The position numbers and the translations under genes are program-made. This document shows, piece by piece, positions 10,206 to 22,113 of a stretch of 64,000 nt of DNA. The notes beneath the pieces are model-generated. The model searched no databases. It was not told where the DNA came from and saw only the letters and a program-made list of their open reading frames with translations. Within the stretch, counting starts at the first letter, position 1; every line of letters starts with the position of its first letter. The DNA is from Alphaproteobacteria bacterium (GTDB lineage Bacteria > Pseudomonadota > Alphaproteobacteria > CALKHQ01), in assembly GCA_965227515.1 (NCBI GenBank), contig CBDDFZ010000001.1, forward strand, positions 1,184,001 through 1,248,000. The letters are read 5' to 3'.

Positions 10206-10209
10206 ACGT

Positions 10210-11025
10210 TCATTCGTACTCCTGCTCGCGCTCGATCATGTCAAAAACGAGATTTACGAGGGGGATTGGCCATTCGACACCGTAGTACTCCATATTGCTC
10301 CACAGGATCTCGGCTTCCTCCGGCGTCTGGAACGCCGGCCCAAAGTGCCGAGGATAGAGCGCTTCCATCATGTTGATGGTCTCCAAGCCAAGCTTTCGTC
10401 TCTCGTCAGTTTGTCGGCGGGCCGGTTCATGAAGGAGTAGGAAATAGAAACAGACAACTATTCCAATTATCAAGTACAAGATCACCAAGAATCTCATGTT
10501 GTTGATAGCAACTATTCCTAAAAACCAAGCTGAAAAGTGCAAGACAAAAGGTGATGAAACGAGGATAAAGAGCTTGATGAATGTTGGAAAAGATTCCTTG
10601 AAGTCTAGGCGCCAGCGCGTTTTGTGTCGGCTCGCCATCAAGCCTAGCTCGCGCATAGTCTCGTAGTATGTGATGCCGTACCTATACATCGCGGCCGCGA
10701 ACAATTCCGCGGCAAGGAGTTTGCCCACTTCCAGGGAGCGGAACGGCAGATCGAGAAACGTCTCGGTCGCCCGCTCCAGGGCCGCCACGTCGACATGCGG
10801 CGGCCGATTGGCGCGCATGCGCGCTTTCGGGTCCGGGTCGGGCGCCCAGAACACCTCCGGCGGCTTCAGCAAACGGTTGATCCGGCGGCCATCTGGCGCA
10901 GCGAATGCCCCGCGGGCCGTGTCGACGATATCGGTGGCTTGCTTCAGCAGCCTAGCGAACGCGTCATCGGACAGCGCGTTGCGTGCGGCATGGCGCAGGG
11001 CGGTGTCCGTGATCTCGCGTAGCAA
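10210..11025 (-). CDS. Hypothetical membrane protein (start uncertain)
   Basis: Two TM helices encoded in an AT-rich patch. The frame stays open upstream to about 11229 without an ATG. Confidence 0.55.
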   Translation of the reverse strand: MLREITDTALRHAARNALSDDAFARLLKQATDIVDTARGAFAAPDGRRINRLLKPPEVFWAPDPDPKARMRANRPPHVDVAALERATETFLDLPFRSLEVGKLLAAELFAAAMYRYGITYYETMRELGLMASRHKTRWRLDFKESFPTFIKLFILVSSPFVLHFSAWFLGIVAINNMRFLVILYLIIGIVVCFYFLLLHEPARRQTDERRKLGLETINMMEALYPRHFGPAFQTPEEAEILWSNMEYYGVEWPIPLVNLVFDMIEREQEYE

Positions 11026-11369
11026 GTGCGCGTAGACCGACGCTGCAATCCCGTCGGAGTCCGCGGTGGTGAACGCGCTGCAAGCGCTCAGGCAGGCGGC
11101 AATGGCTTCGTCACGCTGGGCTTGCCAAAGCGCTGGTATCGGTAGCGGCGGGTCTTCGAAATTGTCCGACAGAAGTGAAATCCGCTCGTTGTGCCAGCCC
11201 GATCGCCCGGCAAATATCGAGGCGTGCCATTACGAGAATATAGTAACAAATATTCTATCATAATGATGCGCGAGGTTGGGCGAGCCGGGGTGACTGATTG
11301 CTGCGCAGTTTGACACAGATTGCACGCGACGGCCCAAGGGTCGCCCCCACGATTGCCCTGGGCGTGGAT

Positions 11370-12239
11370 ATGCCCGAGACTGCGCGCCCGAACCCGTCCG
11401 CCACTCATCCGGAGCACCGTGCCTTGTCCGACACTGCCGCCAACCCTCGTTTCCCGTTCCCCGCCAAGCCCGTGGTGGCGATGGCGCATTTCCCGCCGCT
11501 GCCGGGCGCGCCCGGCTATGACCGCGACGGCGGGCTCGCCAAGATCATGGACTGGGTGGCCGCCGACCTGGATGCGCTGCAGGCGGGCGGCGTCGACGCG
11601 GTGATGTTCGGCAACGAGGGCGACCGGCCCTACACGTTCAAGGTGCCGGCCGAGGGTGTCGCCACCATGGCGGCGATCATCGGCGAGCTGAAGCCGGCGC
11701 TGAAGGTGCCGTTCGGCGTTAACGTGCTGTGGGACCCGTCGGCTTCCGTCGCTCTGGCCGCCGCCACTGGCGCCACCTTCGTGCGCGAGATCTTCACCGG
11801 GGTCTATGCCGCCGACATGGGAGTGTGGGCGCCCGACGCCTATGCCGCCATGAAGCTGCGTTCCGACCTGGGCCGCGCGGACGATCTGGCGCTGATCTTC
11901 AACATCAATGCCGAGTTCGCCGCTCCCCTCGACACCCGCGCGATCGCAAAGCGCGCGCAGAGTGCGGTGTTCTCAGCCCAGGCCGACATCATCGCCGTCT
12001 CCGGCCCGATGACCGGCGAGGCGGCCGAGCAGTCCGACCTGCGCACGGTCAAGCAGGCGGTGGGCGACACGCCCGTGTTCGCCAACACCGGCGTGCGGGC
12101 GGAGACGGTGGCCGACGTGCTCTCCATCGCCGATGGGTGCGTCGTCGGTACCGCCCTCAAGCACGGCGGCGACACCTGGGCCAAGGTCGATCCCGACCGG
12201 GTGCGGCGGTTCATGGACGCGGCCAGCGGCGCGCGCTGA
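11370..12239 (+). CDS. BtpA/SgcQ family TIM-barrel protein
   Basis: 'MAHFPPLPGAP...GGVDAVMFGNEGDRPY...PFGVNVLWD...ANTGV...DGCVVGTALK'. Confidence 0.9.
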   Translation: MPETARPNPSATHPEHRALSDTAANPRFPFPAKPVVAMAHFPPLPGAPGYDRDGGLAKIMDWVAADLDALQAGGVDAVMFGNEGDRPYTFKVPAEGVATMAAIIGELKPALKVPFGVNVLWDPSASVALAAATGATFVREIFTGVYAADMGVWAPDAYAAMKLRSDLGRADDLALIFNINAEFAAPLDTRAIAKRAQSAVFSAQADIIAVSGPMTGEAAEQSDLRTVKQAVGDTPVFANTGVRAETVADVLSIADGCVVGTALKHGGDTWAKVDPDRVRRFMDAASGAR

Positions 12240-12241
12240 GC

Positions 12242-13744
12242 ATGGCGGACCATGGGAAGGGCGACCGTCGCCTGGCCATCGGGCTTGACATCGGCACCAC
12301 GTCGACGGTCGGCATCCTGATCGACACGGATGGCGGCACGCTGGCCAAGGCGACGCGGGAGAGCGATCTCTCCTCGCCCCATGCCGGCTGGGCCGAGGCC
12401 GACCCGGCGCAGTGGCGGCGCAACGCGATGGCGGTGCTGGGCGAACTGGCGGCGGCCGCGCGGGCGCCAATCGGCGCGGTCGGCGTCACCGGCATGCTGC
12501 CGGCGCTGGTGCTGCTCGACGCCGAGGGGCGGCCGCTGCGCCCCAGCATCCAGCAGAACGATGCCCGCACCGAGCGCGAGATCGCAGAGATGGCGGGCGA
12601 CACCGACGTCGACGCCTTCTTCGCCATGACCGGCCAGGGCATCACCCAGCAGCTCGTCGGCCCGCGCCTGCGCTGGCTGGAGCGCCACGAGCCGGACGTG
12701 TTCGGCCGCATCGACACGGTGCTCGGCGCCTACGACTACATCAACTTCGAGCTCACCGGCGTGCGCTCGGTGGAGCGCAACTGGGCGCTGGAGGCGGGCC
12801 TGCTGGATGCCGCCACCGGCGCGCCCGACCCGGCATTGCTGGCGCTGGCGCATTGCCAGCCGGACTGGCTGCCGGCACCGCGCGACGGGCACGAGGTGAT
12901 CGGCGCGATTACTGATGCGGTGGCGGCGGAGACCGGGCTTGCCGCCGGCACGCCGGTGGTGGCCGGCGTCGCCGACCACGTGACCTCGGCGTTCGTGGCC
13001 GGTGTCATCGACGAGGGCGACATCCTGATCAAGTTCGGTGGCGCCGGCGACATCCTGCTCGCCACCGACCGGCCTCGCCCGGACCCGAGGCTGTTCCTGG
13101 ACCTGCACAACCGGCCCGGCCTGTGGCTGACCAATGGCTGCATGGCGGCCAGCGGCAGCGTGCTGAAGTGGATCGCGCGCGAGATTGCCGGCGGGCGCTA
13201 TTCCTATGCCGAGCTGGACGAGATGGCGGCGGCGGTGCCGCCGGGGGCCGGCGGGCTGGTGCTGCTGCCCTATTTCCTCGGTGAGAAGACGCCGCTGCAC
13301 GACCCGAACGCGCGCGGCACGCTGGTCGGCCTCGGCCTCCACCACAAGCTGGGCCACATCTGGCGCGCGGCGCTGGAGGCGGTGGTGTTCGGCTTCCGCC
13401 ACCATATCGAGGTGTTTACCGAGATGGGGCTGGAGGTGCGGCGGGTCCGCTCGTCCAACGGCGGGTCGGAGAGCGCGGTCTGGCTGCAGATCGCCGCTGA
13501 CGTGCTGCAGATGCCGGTGACCCACGTGGCGGGCCATCCCGGCTCGTGCCTGGGTGCCGCCTACACCGCCGCGGTCGGCACCGGCATGATCGAGGGCTGG
13601 GACAGGATCGGCGACTATGTCAGCGAGGGCCGCACCTATGCGCCCGATGCGGACGCGAAGGCGGCCTACGACCACGCCTATGGCCTCTACCGCGAGGTCT
13701 ACGAGCGGCTGAGGGACCTCTACCCGCGCCTGGCGGGGCCGTAG
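12242..13744 (+). CDS. FGGY-family carbohydrate kinase (xylulokinase-like)
   Basis: 'IGLDIGTTS', 'QQNDAR', 'LPYFLGEKTP', 'WLQIAADVL'. Starts 2 bp after the BtpA stop. Confidence 0.9.
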   Translation: MADHGKGDRRLAIGLDIGTTSTVGILIDTDGGTLAKATRESDLSSPHAGWAEADPAQWRRNAMAVLGELAAAARAPIGAVGVTGMLPALVLLDAEGRPLRPSIQQNDARTEREIAEMAGDTDVDAFFAMTGQGITQQLVGPRLRWLERHEPDVFGRIDTVLGAYDYINFELTGVRSVERNWALEAGLLDAATGAPDPALLALAHCQPDWLPAPRDGHEVIGAITDAVAAETGLAAGTPVVAGVADHVTSAFVAGVIDEGDILIKFGGAGDILLATDRPRPDPRLFLDLHNRPGLWLTNGCMAASGSVLKWIAREIAGGRYSYAELDEMAAAVPPGAGGLVLLPYFLGEKTPLHDPNARGTLVGLGLHHKLGHIWRAALEAVVFGFRHHIEVFTEMGLEVRRVRSSNGGSESAVWLQIAADVLQMPVTHVAGHPGSCLGAAYTAAVGTGMIEGWDRIGDYVSEGRTYAPDADAKAAYDHAYGLYREVYERLRDLYPRLAGP

Positions 13745-13755
13745 CACCCACCAAT

Positions 13756-13868
13756 TGTCATCCTTGACCGACGCACCCAGAACTTGTTCGGGGCGCCGGG
13801 TCGAGGATCCATGGCCGGTTTCGCGCGATGCCTGGAATGGACCCTCGGCGCTGCGGCCGAGGGTGACA
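13756..13868. repeat. Composite REP/REPIN-like palindrome between convergent genes
   Basis: TGTCATCCTTGACC...GGTCGAGGATCCA / TGGACCCTCGGC...GCCGAGGGTGACA, with a nested CCAGAACTTGTTCGGG. Confidence 0.65.
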
Positions 13869-13887
13869 TTATTGGGGACCGGCGCGC

Positions 13888-14139
13888 CTATCCCTTGGCA
13901 GCCGGCGGCTGTATGACGATCCGCGACAGGATGCGGCGCACCATTGGCGCCACTACAAGCACGGTGGGGAAGGCGAACGCCCACGACGAGACCCATGAGC
14001 TCATCCAGGTGCCGAAGAACGCCGGCGTCAGGCCTAGCGCGATCAGCGTCGCGACGCCGGAGACCATGAACGACATCAGCGCCGACAGCAAAAAGCCGAA
14101 CGCATAGGGCTCCAGCCGCTTGGGAATGAAGGGACGCAC
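13888..14139 (-). CDS. DUF2798 domain-containing small membrane protein
   Basis: 'FGFLLSALMSFMVSGVATL...WMSSWVSSWAFAFPTVLVVAPMVRRI'. Confidence 0.85.
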   Translation of the reverse strand: MRPFIPKRLEPYAFGFLLSALMSFMVSGVATLIALGLTPAFFGTWMSSWVSSWAFAFPTVLVVAPMVRRILSRIVIQPPAAKG

Positions 14140-14176
14140 TGTGTGCTCCGTTATTGTGACCGCGCGCCCGGATCTT

Positions 14177-14605
14177 TCATCGCACCGCGGCGTCGGCGGT
14201 TCCGTCAGCGGCAAAGCGCCTTCTCATGCGCGCCGACTTGAACAGGAAGACGGATATGCCGATGTAGGCGGCAATCTCGACCACATAGGCGATGTCGTAA
14301 GCGAGCCCATCCAGGTAGTCGAACGTCTCGACCGTGCAGATCGACCCCAGGACGGTGTAGGCGATGGCCATGGCGAACGGCGTGTGGCGCCAGCGCGATT
14401 TCCAGCCGATCAGAAACAGCGGTCCGGCGACCAGAATCACAGCGAAATGCAGGAACTGCAGCCCGGGCGGAAAAGCCGGGTTTTGCAGCGGGATCAGGAC
14501 GGTCTGGCCGGTAACATATTCGAACAGCCCCAACGCGCCCCACAGCGCCAGGAACGTCGAAACCAAGAGCAAGAAGACCTCGAACAACCAGGCCGCGGTC
14601 GCCAT
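14177..14605 (-). CDS. Hypothetical 4-TM membrane protein
   Basis: 142-aa hydrophobic ORF with host-like codon usage, downstream of the SDR gene. Confidence 0.75.
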   Translation of the reverse strand: MATAAWLFEVFLLLVSTFLALWGALGLFEYVTGQTVLIPLQNPAFPPGLQFLHFAVILVAGPLFLIGWKSRWRHTPFAMAIAYTVLGSICTVETFDYLDGLAYDIAYVVEIAAYIGISVFLFKSARMRRRFAADGTADAAVR

Positions 14606-14653
14606 CTGGAAACCTTGAAGCCGTCACTTCCGCCGCCGCGCCGGGGGCTGCCG

Positions 14654-15424
14654 CTACACCCAACCCCCATCCACGATGTAGCTCTGGTTGGTCATCGCGC
14701 TCGAATCGTCGGACGCCATGAACAGCACCACGCGGGCCATGTCCTCCGGCACCAGCTTGCGTTTCAGGCACTGGCGGTTCATCAGCTCGACCTCGCCCTC
14801 GGGCGTCAGCCACAGGTTCTTCTGGCGCTCGGTCATGATCCAGCCCGGCGCGATCGAGTTGACCCGGATGTTGAACTCGCCCAGGTCGCGGGCGAGGCTG
14901 CGGGTGAGACCAAGATTGCCGGACTTGGCGGCGGTGTAGGCGGCCATGCCGCCCTGGCCGATCATCCAGCTGGTCGAGCCGAAATTGACGATGACGCCGC
15001 CGCCGGCCTGCTTCATGCCAGGCGCCACCGCCTGCGCCGCGAAGAACTGGTGGCGCAAATTCACCTCGAACCGCTCGTCCCAGTACTCGACCGTCACGTC
15101 TTCCAGCTTGTGGCGCTCGTCGTGGGCCGCGTTGTTGACCAGCACGGTGATGGTGCCGAGTTCGTCGGCCACCTGCTTGATGCAGGCGCGCAGCGCGTCG
15201 ATGTCGCGCAACTGGCAGGGCAGAAACATCGGCGCCGGGTGGCCGGACGCGGCGATATCGTCGACCAGCGCCTTCGACGCATCTTCGGCGATGTCGACGA
15301 ACGCGACCTTGGAGCCCTGCTCGCAGAACCCGCGCACGATGGCGGCCCCGATGCCCATGCCGCCGCCGGTGATGAAGACGACCTTGTCCTTCAGGCTGGT
15401 GTAGACGGTGCTGCTGGTGGTCAT
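14654..15424 (-). CDS. SDR oxidoreductase, D-xylose 1-dehydrogenase-like
   Basis: 'VVFITGGGMGIG', 'NNAAHDERH', 'YTAAK', 'IAPGWIMTERQ' resemble Caulobacter XylB. Confidence 0.8.
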   Translation of the reverse strand: MTTSSTVYTSLKDKVVFITGGGMGIGAAIVRGFCEQGSKVAFVDIAEDASKALVDDIAASGHPAPMFLPCQLRDIDALRACIKQVADELGTITVLVNNAAHDERHKLEDVTVEYWDERFEVNLRHQFFAAQAVAPGMKQAGGGVIVNFGSTSWMIGQGGMAAYTAAKSGNLGLTRSLARDLGEFNIRVNSIAPGWIMTERQKNLWLTPEGEVELMNRQCLKRKLVPEDMARVVLFMASDDSSAMTNQSYIVDGGWV

Positions 15425-15450
15425 TTGTTCTTGCCCTCGCTGGCGCTCGG

Positions 15451-15533
15451 AAGTCGGCGCCGGCCCGCTCCCCCACCCAACCGCCCCAATGATACTGTCG
15501 TCGGGGGGCTGGGTGGGGGAGCGGGCTGGAGCC
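15451..15533 (-). repeat. Family B hairpin, divergent copy
   Basis: Arms CCCGCTCCCCCACCC / GGGTGGGGGAGCGGG show a compensatory change. Loop ACGACAGTAT on the - strand. Confidence 0.8.
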
Positions 15534-15573
15534 ACGAGATGAGCCATCCGGCTCATCTACTCGAACGGCTTCG

Positions 15574-17517
<1,944 letters not shown>

Positions 17518-17648
17518 CTGCCCCTCCCCGTTCGCTTGGCGTGACAAGCGATTGTTGGGCTTTGATTAGCGCGCGGGCCGAGGCGGTGGCAAGTGCGCAC
17601 AAGGGCGCGGGCCTTGCGGCGAACGCATCGCCATGCCAGATCACGCCA

Positions 17649-18071
17649 ATGATTCGCATCACCGACAACCTGGCCATCGACGAGGCCCTGATCGAGGAGA
17701 CGTTCGTGCGCGCCGGCGGGCCCGGCGGCCAGAACGTCAACAAGGTCTCCACGGCCGTGCAACTGCGCTTCGACCTTGCCGCCTGCGACAGCCTGCCGGC
17801 GGAGGTGAAGGCGCGCGCGGTGCGGCTGGCCGGCCAGCGTCTGACCAAGGAAGGCGTAATCGTGATCAGCGCCGAGCGCTTCCGGACCCAGGAGCGCAAC
17901 CGCCAGGATGCGCTCGACCGGCTGGTCGAGCTGCTGCGCGAGGCGGCCTGCCGCCCGCCGAAGCGGATCGCCACCCGGCCGACCCGGGCCTCGAAGAAGC
18001 GCCGGATGGACAGCAAGACGCGGCGGAGCCGCACGAAGCAGTTCCGGCAAAAACCAAACCCGCGAGACTGA
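17649..18071 (+). CDS. arfB: Alternative ribosome rescue factor B
   Basis: 'GPGGQNVNKVSTAVQLRF', 'RTQERNR', basic C-terminal tail. Confidence 0.95.
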   Translation: MIRITDNLAIDEALIEETFVRAGGPGGQNVNKVSTAVQLRFDLAACDSLPAEVKARAVRLAGQRLTKEGVIVISAERFRTQERNRQDALDRLVELLREAACRPPKRIATRPTRASKKRRMDSKTRRSRTKQFRQKPNPRD

Positions 18072-18363
18072 CAACACACTGCCTTTTCTCAGGTACCGCC
18101 CCACCCGCATCGGCGACAATGCCATTTGTTCGATGGCGCACGACGGGGTGACCCAGGCATGGCCAACACACCCCGGTCCATGCGTGCGGTTGCAGGCCAA
18201 TCGCCTATTCTCCTGTTTAGGTTGACATCTCACTTCCGAGAGTCTCCAATTTCAATTGGCAAGGGCGAATGCACAATTCAGTGCACTCCAAGCCAGTGCT
18301 ACAGAACGAATATTTGGATATATTGTCGAATCTACCCAAATAAACAGGAAAGATAGTACAGAC

Positions 18364-19320
18364 ATGGCAAATAATTACGCAACGCTGCGGAAGTACAAAC
18401 CCACCATTATCTCGGTCTTCGTGGGATTTGCGGTCGCTTTGGCGATTTTGGTTTTTGGGCCAGAGCTTATGCTAGGAGCAGAGACTTCCAATATAGCGAG
18501 CATTTTTTTGTTTGTTCTTGGTATCGTTTTGTTAATTTTGATTATTGGCGGCCTGGCTCTATTATTTCGTGCTCACAATCTTTCGTTTCATCCCTATGCA
18601 TTTGCATTGCCAAGTGGATCGATAAGGGCATGCATTGCATTGGGGTTACTTGTTGCATTCGTTGGGGGAAGTTTTATTTTGCATTCCGGTATCGGTAATA
18701 TTTCATATGAGTTGATTAAAGAAGATATTACAGAAGATCCAAAGATTAACACCGAAGAATTATTTTCCGTCAAGGTTGGCGCAACATATTCGATCTACGC
18801 TCGAATCGATAGCGCAGGGAAAAATGAATTCGCGCAGCAAATTTTGACCACACTTGCGACGGCGCTTGCGGCTGTCATTGGCTTCTATTTTGGCAACAGG
18901 GCGACCATTACGCCTGCCGATGAGGATGAAGACAGTGACACCGGCGAGTTGGCCCAACAATACGTAGCCAGAGCAGTTGCGGCCGTATTGCGGGTCGACC
19001 AAAACAGGGCGCGTCGCGACGACATCGCAGCCCAGGTGGAGGCGGCCACTGGAGCCGATGTCAATCCAGACCAAAGGGACGCCGACCTCAAGGCGCTCGA
19101 GGACATCAAGGCTAACCTGGAAGTCAAGCGTCAAACTGCCGTCGCCCAGGAAACGGTCGCCCGGGCAAAATCCGTGGAGATCAGCAGCGCGGCGTCGGAG
19201 CAGGCGCGGCAAGTCCTACTGAGCGAATGCCAGGAAGCGGCCACTCTCGGCGAAAAGGCGGCTACTGAGGCCAGCACGCACACCGCAAGGCTGGACGAAA
19301 TCGAAAAGCGGTACCCCTAG
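18364..19320 (+). CDS. Hypothetical 4-TM protein with C-terminal coiled coil
   Basis: 'ALPSGSIRACIALGL', 'ALAAVIGFYFG'. AT-rich 5' half, GC-rich 3' half. Confidence 0.7.
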   Translation: MANNYATLRKYKPTIISVFVGFAVALAILVFGPELMLGAETSNIASIFLFVLGIVLLILIIGGLALLFRAHNLSFHPYAFALPSGSIRACIALGLLVAFVGGSFILHSGIGNISYELIKEDITEDPKINTEELFSVKVGATYSIYARIDSAGKNEFAQQILTTLATALAAVIGFYFGNRATITPADEDEDSDTGELAQQYVARAVAAVLRVDQNRARRDDIAAQVEAATGADVNPDQRDADLKALEDIKANLEVKRQTAVAQETVARAKSVEISSAASEQARQVLLSECQEAATLGEKAATEASTHTARLDEIEKRYP

Positions 19321-19404
19321 TCCGCGCCGGCCACACCCTTCCCTGTCACCCCGACAAGATCATTTCGTTGGGCGACTTGGAAGGGTGTGAGCCGGTGTGG
19401 ACTA
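19318..19404. repeat. Family B-related hairpin spanning two convergent stop codons
   Basis: TAGTCCGCGCCGGCCACACCCTTCC / GGAAGGGTGTGAGCCGGTGTGGACTA; loop contains TTTCGTTGGG, as in the 38876 copy. Confidence 0.7.
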
Positions 19405-20238
19405 GGGCGATCCATGCACCGGCTTGCGGGCCGTCGCGTAGATGACGTTGGTCTCGACCGCGGTAGTGCCGGCCTGGCACAGCGCCGCAATGTTGTCGGC
19501 GCGCACACGCGCGGCGGTCTCTGGGTCCATCTGGTCGACAGTCCAGCGAAAACCCGAGCCGAGCACGATGGTCCACCAGTCTTCGGGCGTCGACATCGCC
19601 TGCGTGCCGGCTTCGGCGTCCGCAGCCGGCCGATGGACACCGCCATCGCGCAACAGAGCCTCGACGGCGGGCGGGTGGATCAGGTCATCCCAGGGCCGAT
19701 ATGCGCCGTCGAGCGTGGGGCAATGGCGCCCGACCGCGGACCAGAACAGTGTACTGCCGGGCGCCAGGAAGTTCGGCCCCCAGGTAGTGATGGCCAGCAC
19801 GCCACCCGGCTTCACCATGCGCCACAACTCGGCCACCTGGGCGGCCATGTCGGGCACGAAGAACAGGGCGAACACACAGATCACCGCGTCGAAACGCCCG
19901 TCGGCATAGGGCAGCGCCTGCATGTCGGCACGGATGAAGGTGGTGTTGTCCAGGCCTGCGTGGCGCGTCTTGGCCTGGGCAAGATTCAGCAGCCCTTCCG
20001 ACAAGTCGGCGCCGATCACGCGCCCGCTGGTGCCGACCGCCTTGGCCGCCGGTATGGCCGAGGCGCCGCTGCCGCAACCGACATCGAGCACGGTCGCACC
20101 CGGTTGCAGGTTCAGGCGGTCGACGGTCCGGCAGCCATAGCGGTCCCAGAACGACAGCGCCGGATGGTCGAAGTGGTCGGCCGCCGCATCATATGTCGCC
20201 GCCGCGCGAGCCTCCGGAGTCAATTGGGTCATCAACAT
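19402..20238 (-). CDS. Class I SAM-dependent methyltransferase (UbiE-like)
   Basis: 'VLDVGCGSG', 'GADLSEGLL', 'FDAVICVFALFF', 'VKPGG'. Confidence 0.9.
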   Translation of the reverse strand: MLMTQLTPEARAAATYDAAADHFDHPALSFWDRYGCRTVDRLNLQPGATVLDVGCGSGASAIPAAKAVGTSGRVIGADLSEGLLNLAQAKTRHAGLDNTTFIRADMQALPYADGRFDAVICVFALFFVPDMAAQVAELWRMVKPGGVLAITTWGPNFLAPGSTLFWSAVGRHCPTLDGAYRPWDDLIHPPAVEALLRDGGVHRPAADAEAGTQAMSTPEDWWTIVLGSGFRWTVDQMDPETAARVRADNIAALCQAGTTAVETNVIYATARKPVHGSP

Positions 20239-20315
20239 CGTTCGAATTCCTCATGGCGGGACGGGAGGGGGCGCTGCGTTGGCGCCCGCCTCCTCATCTC
20301 GGGTTGCGGCAAGAG

Positions 20316-21206
20316 CTAACTTCCGGCGGCCACCGGCAGGTCGCCGGCGCTGCCCCATTCGGCCCACGAGCGGTCGTAGACGCGGACCTGCGGGAAGCCG
20401 AGCAGCCTGAGCACGAAGTAGCTGTGGGCGGCGGCCTTGCCGTTCTGGCAGTGCACTGCGATGTTGCTGTCCGGCGTGACGCCGTGAGCCGCGAAGTGGG
20501 CGCGCAAGTCGTCCAACGGGCGCATCGTGTCGTCGTCGTCCAGGTTCTCGACCCAGGGGATGTTGGCCGCCCAGGGAATGTGCCCGGCGGCGTAGGCATC
20601 CGCGCCACGCACGTCGATGACAACCAGTCCGTCGTCGTTCCGGTGCTCCAGTAGCCAGTCGGCCGACGCCATGCGCCGTGGGGAGAGGCTGGGCGAGAAG
20701 TCCGACGGATAGACGAACGGATTCACGGTCGAGGTGTCGTGCCCGGCCGCCTGCCATGCCGGGAACCCGCCGTCCAGGATGCTGACGTGGCGGTGGCCGA
20801 AATACTCCAGCAGCCAGAACAGGCGCGCGGCATGGAAGCCGCCACGGTCGTCGTAGATGACCACGTGGTCGTCGGCCCAGATGCCACGGGTGCGGATCAG
20901 GTTGACCAGCACCTCTTCTGACCATAAGTCGCCTTCGACCGGGGTGTTCGGGTCGATCAGGTCGTCGGCGGCGAGATGTACGGCGCCTGGGATGTGACTG
21001 TCGTCATATGCAGCGCGCGGCCGCACGTCTACGATCACCAGGCTGGGCGTCATGTCGGGCGCGGCCACCATGTCATAAAGGCCGTCCGCTGAGACCAGTA
21101 TCGCGGGATAATCAGGGTCTGCCGCATAGGATGGTGTGGCCGCAAGCAATGATATTGTCAGCCCGGCAATGACGGCCGGGCGCGACATCAAACGTTGAAA
21201 AGTCAT
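20316..21206 (-). CDS. Tandem-domain rhodanese/sulfurtransferase with signal peptide
   Basis: 'HIPGAV', 'AARLFWLL', 'LDGG', active-site loop 'HCQNGKAA', 'YDRSWAEW'; N-terminus ends 'PSYA-AD'. Confidence 0.9.
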   Translation of the reverse strand: MTFQRLMSRPAVIAGLTISLLAATPSYAADPDYPAILVSADGLYDMVAAPDMTPSLVIVDVRPRAAYDDSHIPGAVHLAADDLIDPNTPVEGDLWSEEVLVNLIRTRGIWADDHVVIYDDRGGFHAARLFWLLEYFGHRHVSILDGGFPAWQAAGHDTSTVNPFVYPSDFSPSLSPRRMASADWLLEHRNDDGLVVIDVRGADAYAAGHIPWAANIPWVENLDDDDTMRPLDDLRAHFAAHGVTPDSNIAVHCQNGKAAAHSYFVLRLLGFPQVRVYDRSWAEWGSAGDLPVAAGS

Positions 21207-21270
21207 GGCTCATGTCTCCTGTGCGGCCCCGACTGTTGCCGGAGCCGCACGGTGGTTCCATTGTCGAAGG

Positions 21271-21930
21271 TCAGGCCGGCTGCGGCACGATCCGCAGATA
21301 GGGCTTCGGCGCGTCCCAGCCGTTCGGGAACAGGCCCTTGGCCTGGTCGTCCGTCACCGCCGGCACGATGATCACGTCCTCGCCCGCCTTCCAGTCGGCC
21401 GGCGTCGCCACCTTGTGGTTGGCGGTGAGCTGCAAGGAATCGATGCAGCGCAACAGCTCCATGAAATTGCGCCCGGTGCTCATCGGGTAGGTCAGCATCA
21501 GCTTGACCCGGCGGTCCGGCCCGATCACGAACACCGACCGCACGGTCGCGTTATCGACGGCGGTGCGGCCGTTGGCGCTGGTGCCCGCATCGCCCGGCAG
21601 CATGCCGTAGAGCTTGGCGACGCTGAGGTCGGTGTCGGCGATGATCGGATAGTTGGGCGCGATGCCCTGGGTCTCTTCGATATCGGTGGCCCAGCTCGCG
21701 TGGTCCTCGGCGCAGTCGACGCTGAGACCGATGACCTTGACGTCGCGGCGGTCGAACTCAGGCTTCAGGCGAGCGACAGCACCAAGCTCGGTGGTGCAGA
21801 CCGGGGTGAAGTCCTTCGGGTGGGAAAACAGGACCACCCAGCCGTCGCCGGCATAGTCGTACAGATTCAGCGGCCCCTCGGTTGACTGCTGGGTGAAGTT
21901 GGGGGCGATGTCATTGATCTTCAAAGTCAT
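21271..21930 (-). CDS. 1-Cys peroxiredoxin (Prx6)
   Basis: 'FSHPKDFTPVCTTE', 'YPMSTGRNF', 'VATPADW'. Confidence 0.95.
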   Translation of the reverse strand: MTLKINDIAPNFTQQSTEGPLNLYDYAGDGWVVLFSHPKDFTPVCTTELGAVARLKPEFDRRDVKVIGLSVDCAEDHASWATDIEETQGIAPNYPIIADTDLSVAKLYGMLPGDAGTSANGRTAVDNATVRSVFVIGPDRRVKLMLTYPMSTGRNFMELLRCIDSLQLTANHKVATPADWKAGEDVIIVPAVTDDQAKGLFPNGWDAPKPYLRIVPQPA

Positions 21931-22113
21931 GCGAATGCTCCATCGTGACAGTTTGGCGTGCGGCGGCGCTGGTCTTGCGCTGCCGGCGCGGGTTCATCGC
22001 CGGTGTTCTTCAAATCCCTGCGATTATTCTGTGTGTCCCGGCGTGTCGCCCCATATGGAGATGCGCGGCGATCGAATCCTGAAGCTTTCCGACTGAAATT
22101 ATGAAGGTTTGAA

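Noticed and set aside
11233-11258. Possible alphaproteobacterial LexA box
   Set aside because: Does not match GTTC-N7-GTTC; kept only as a generic palindrome.
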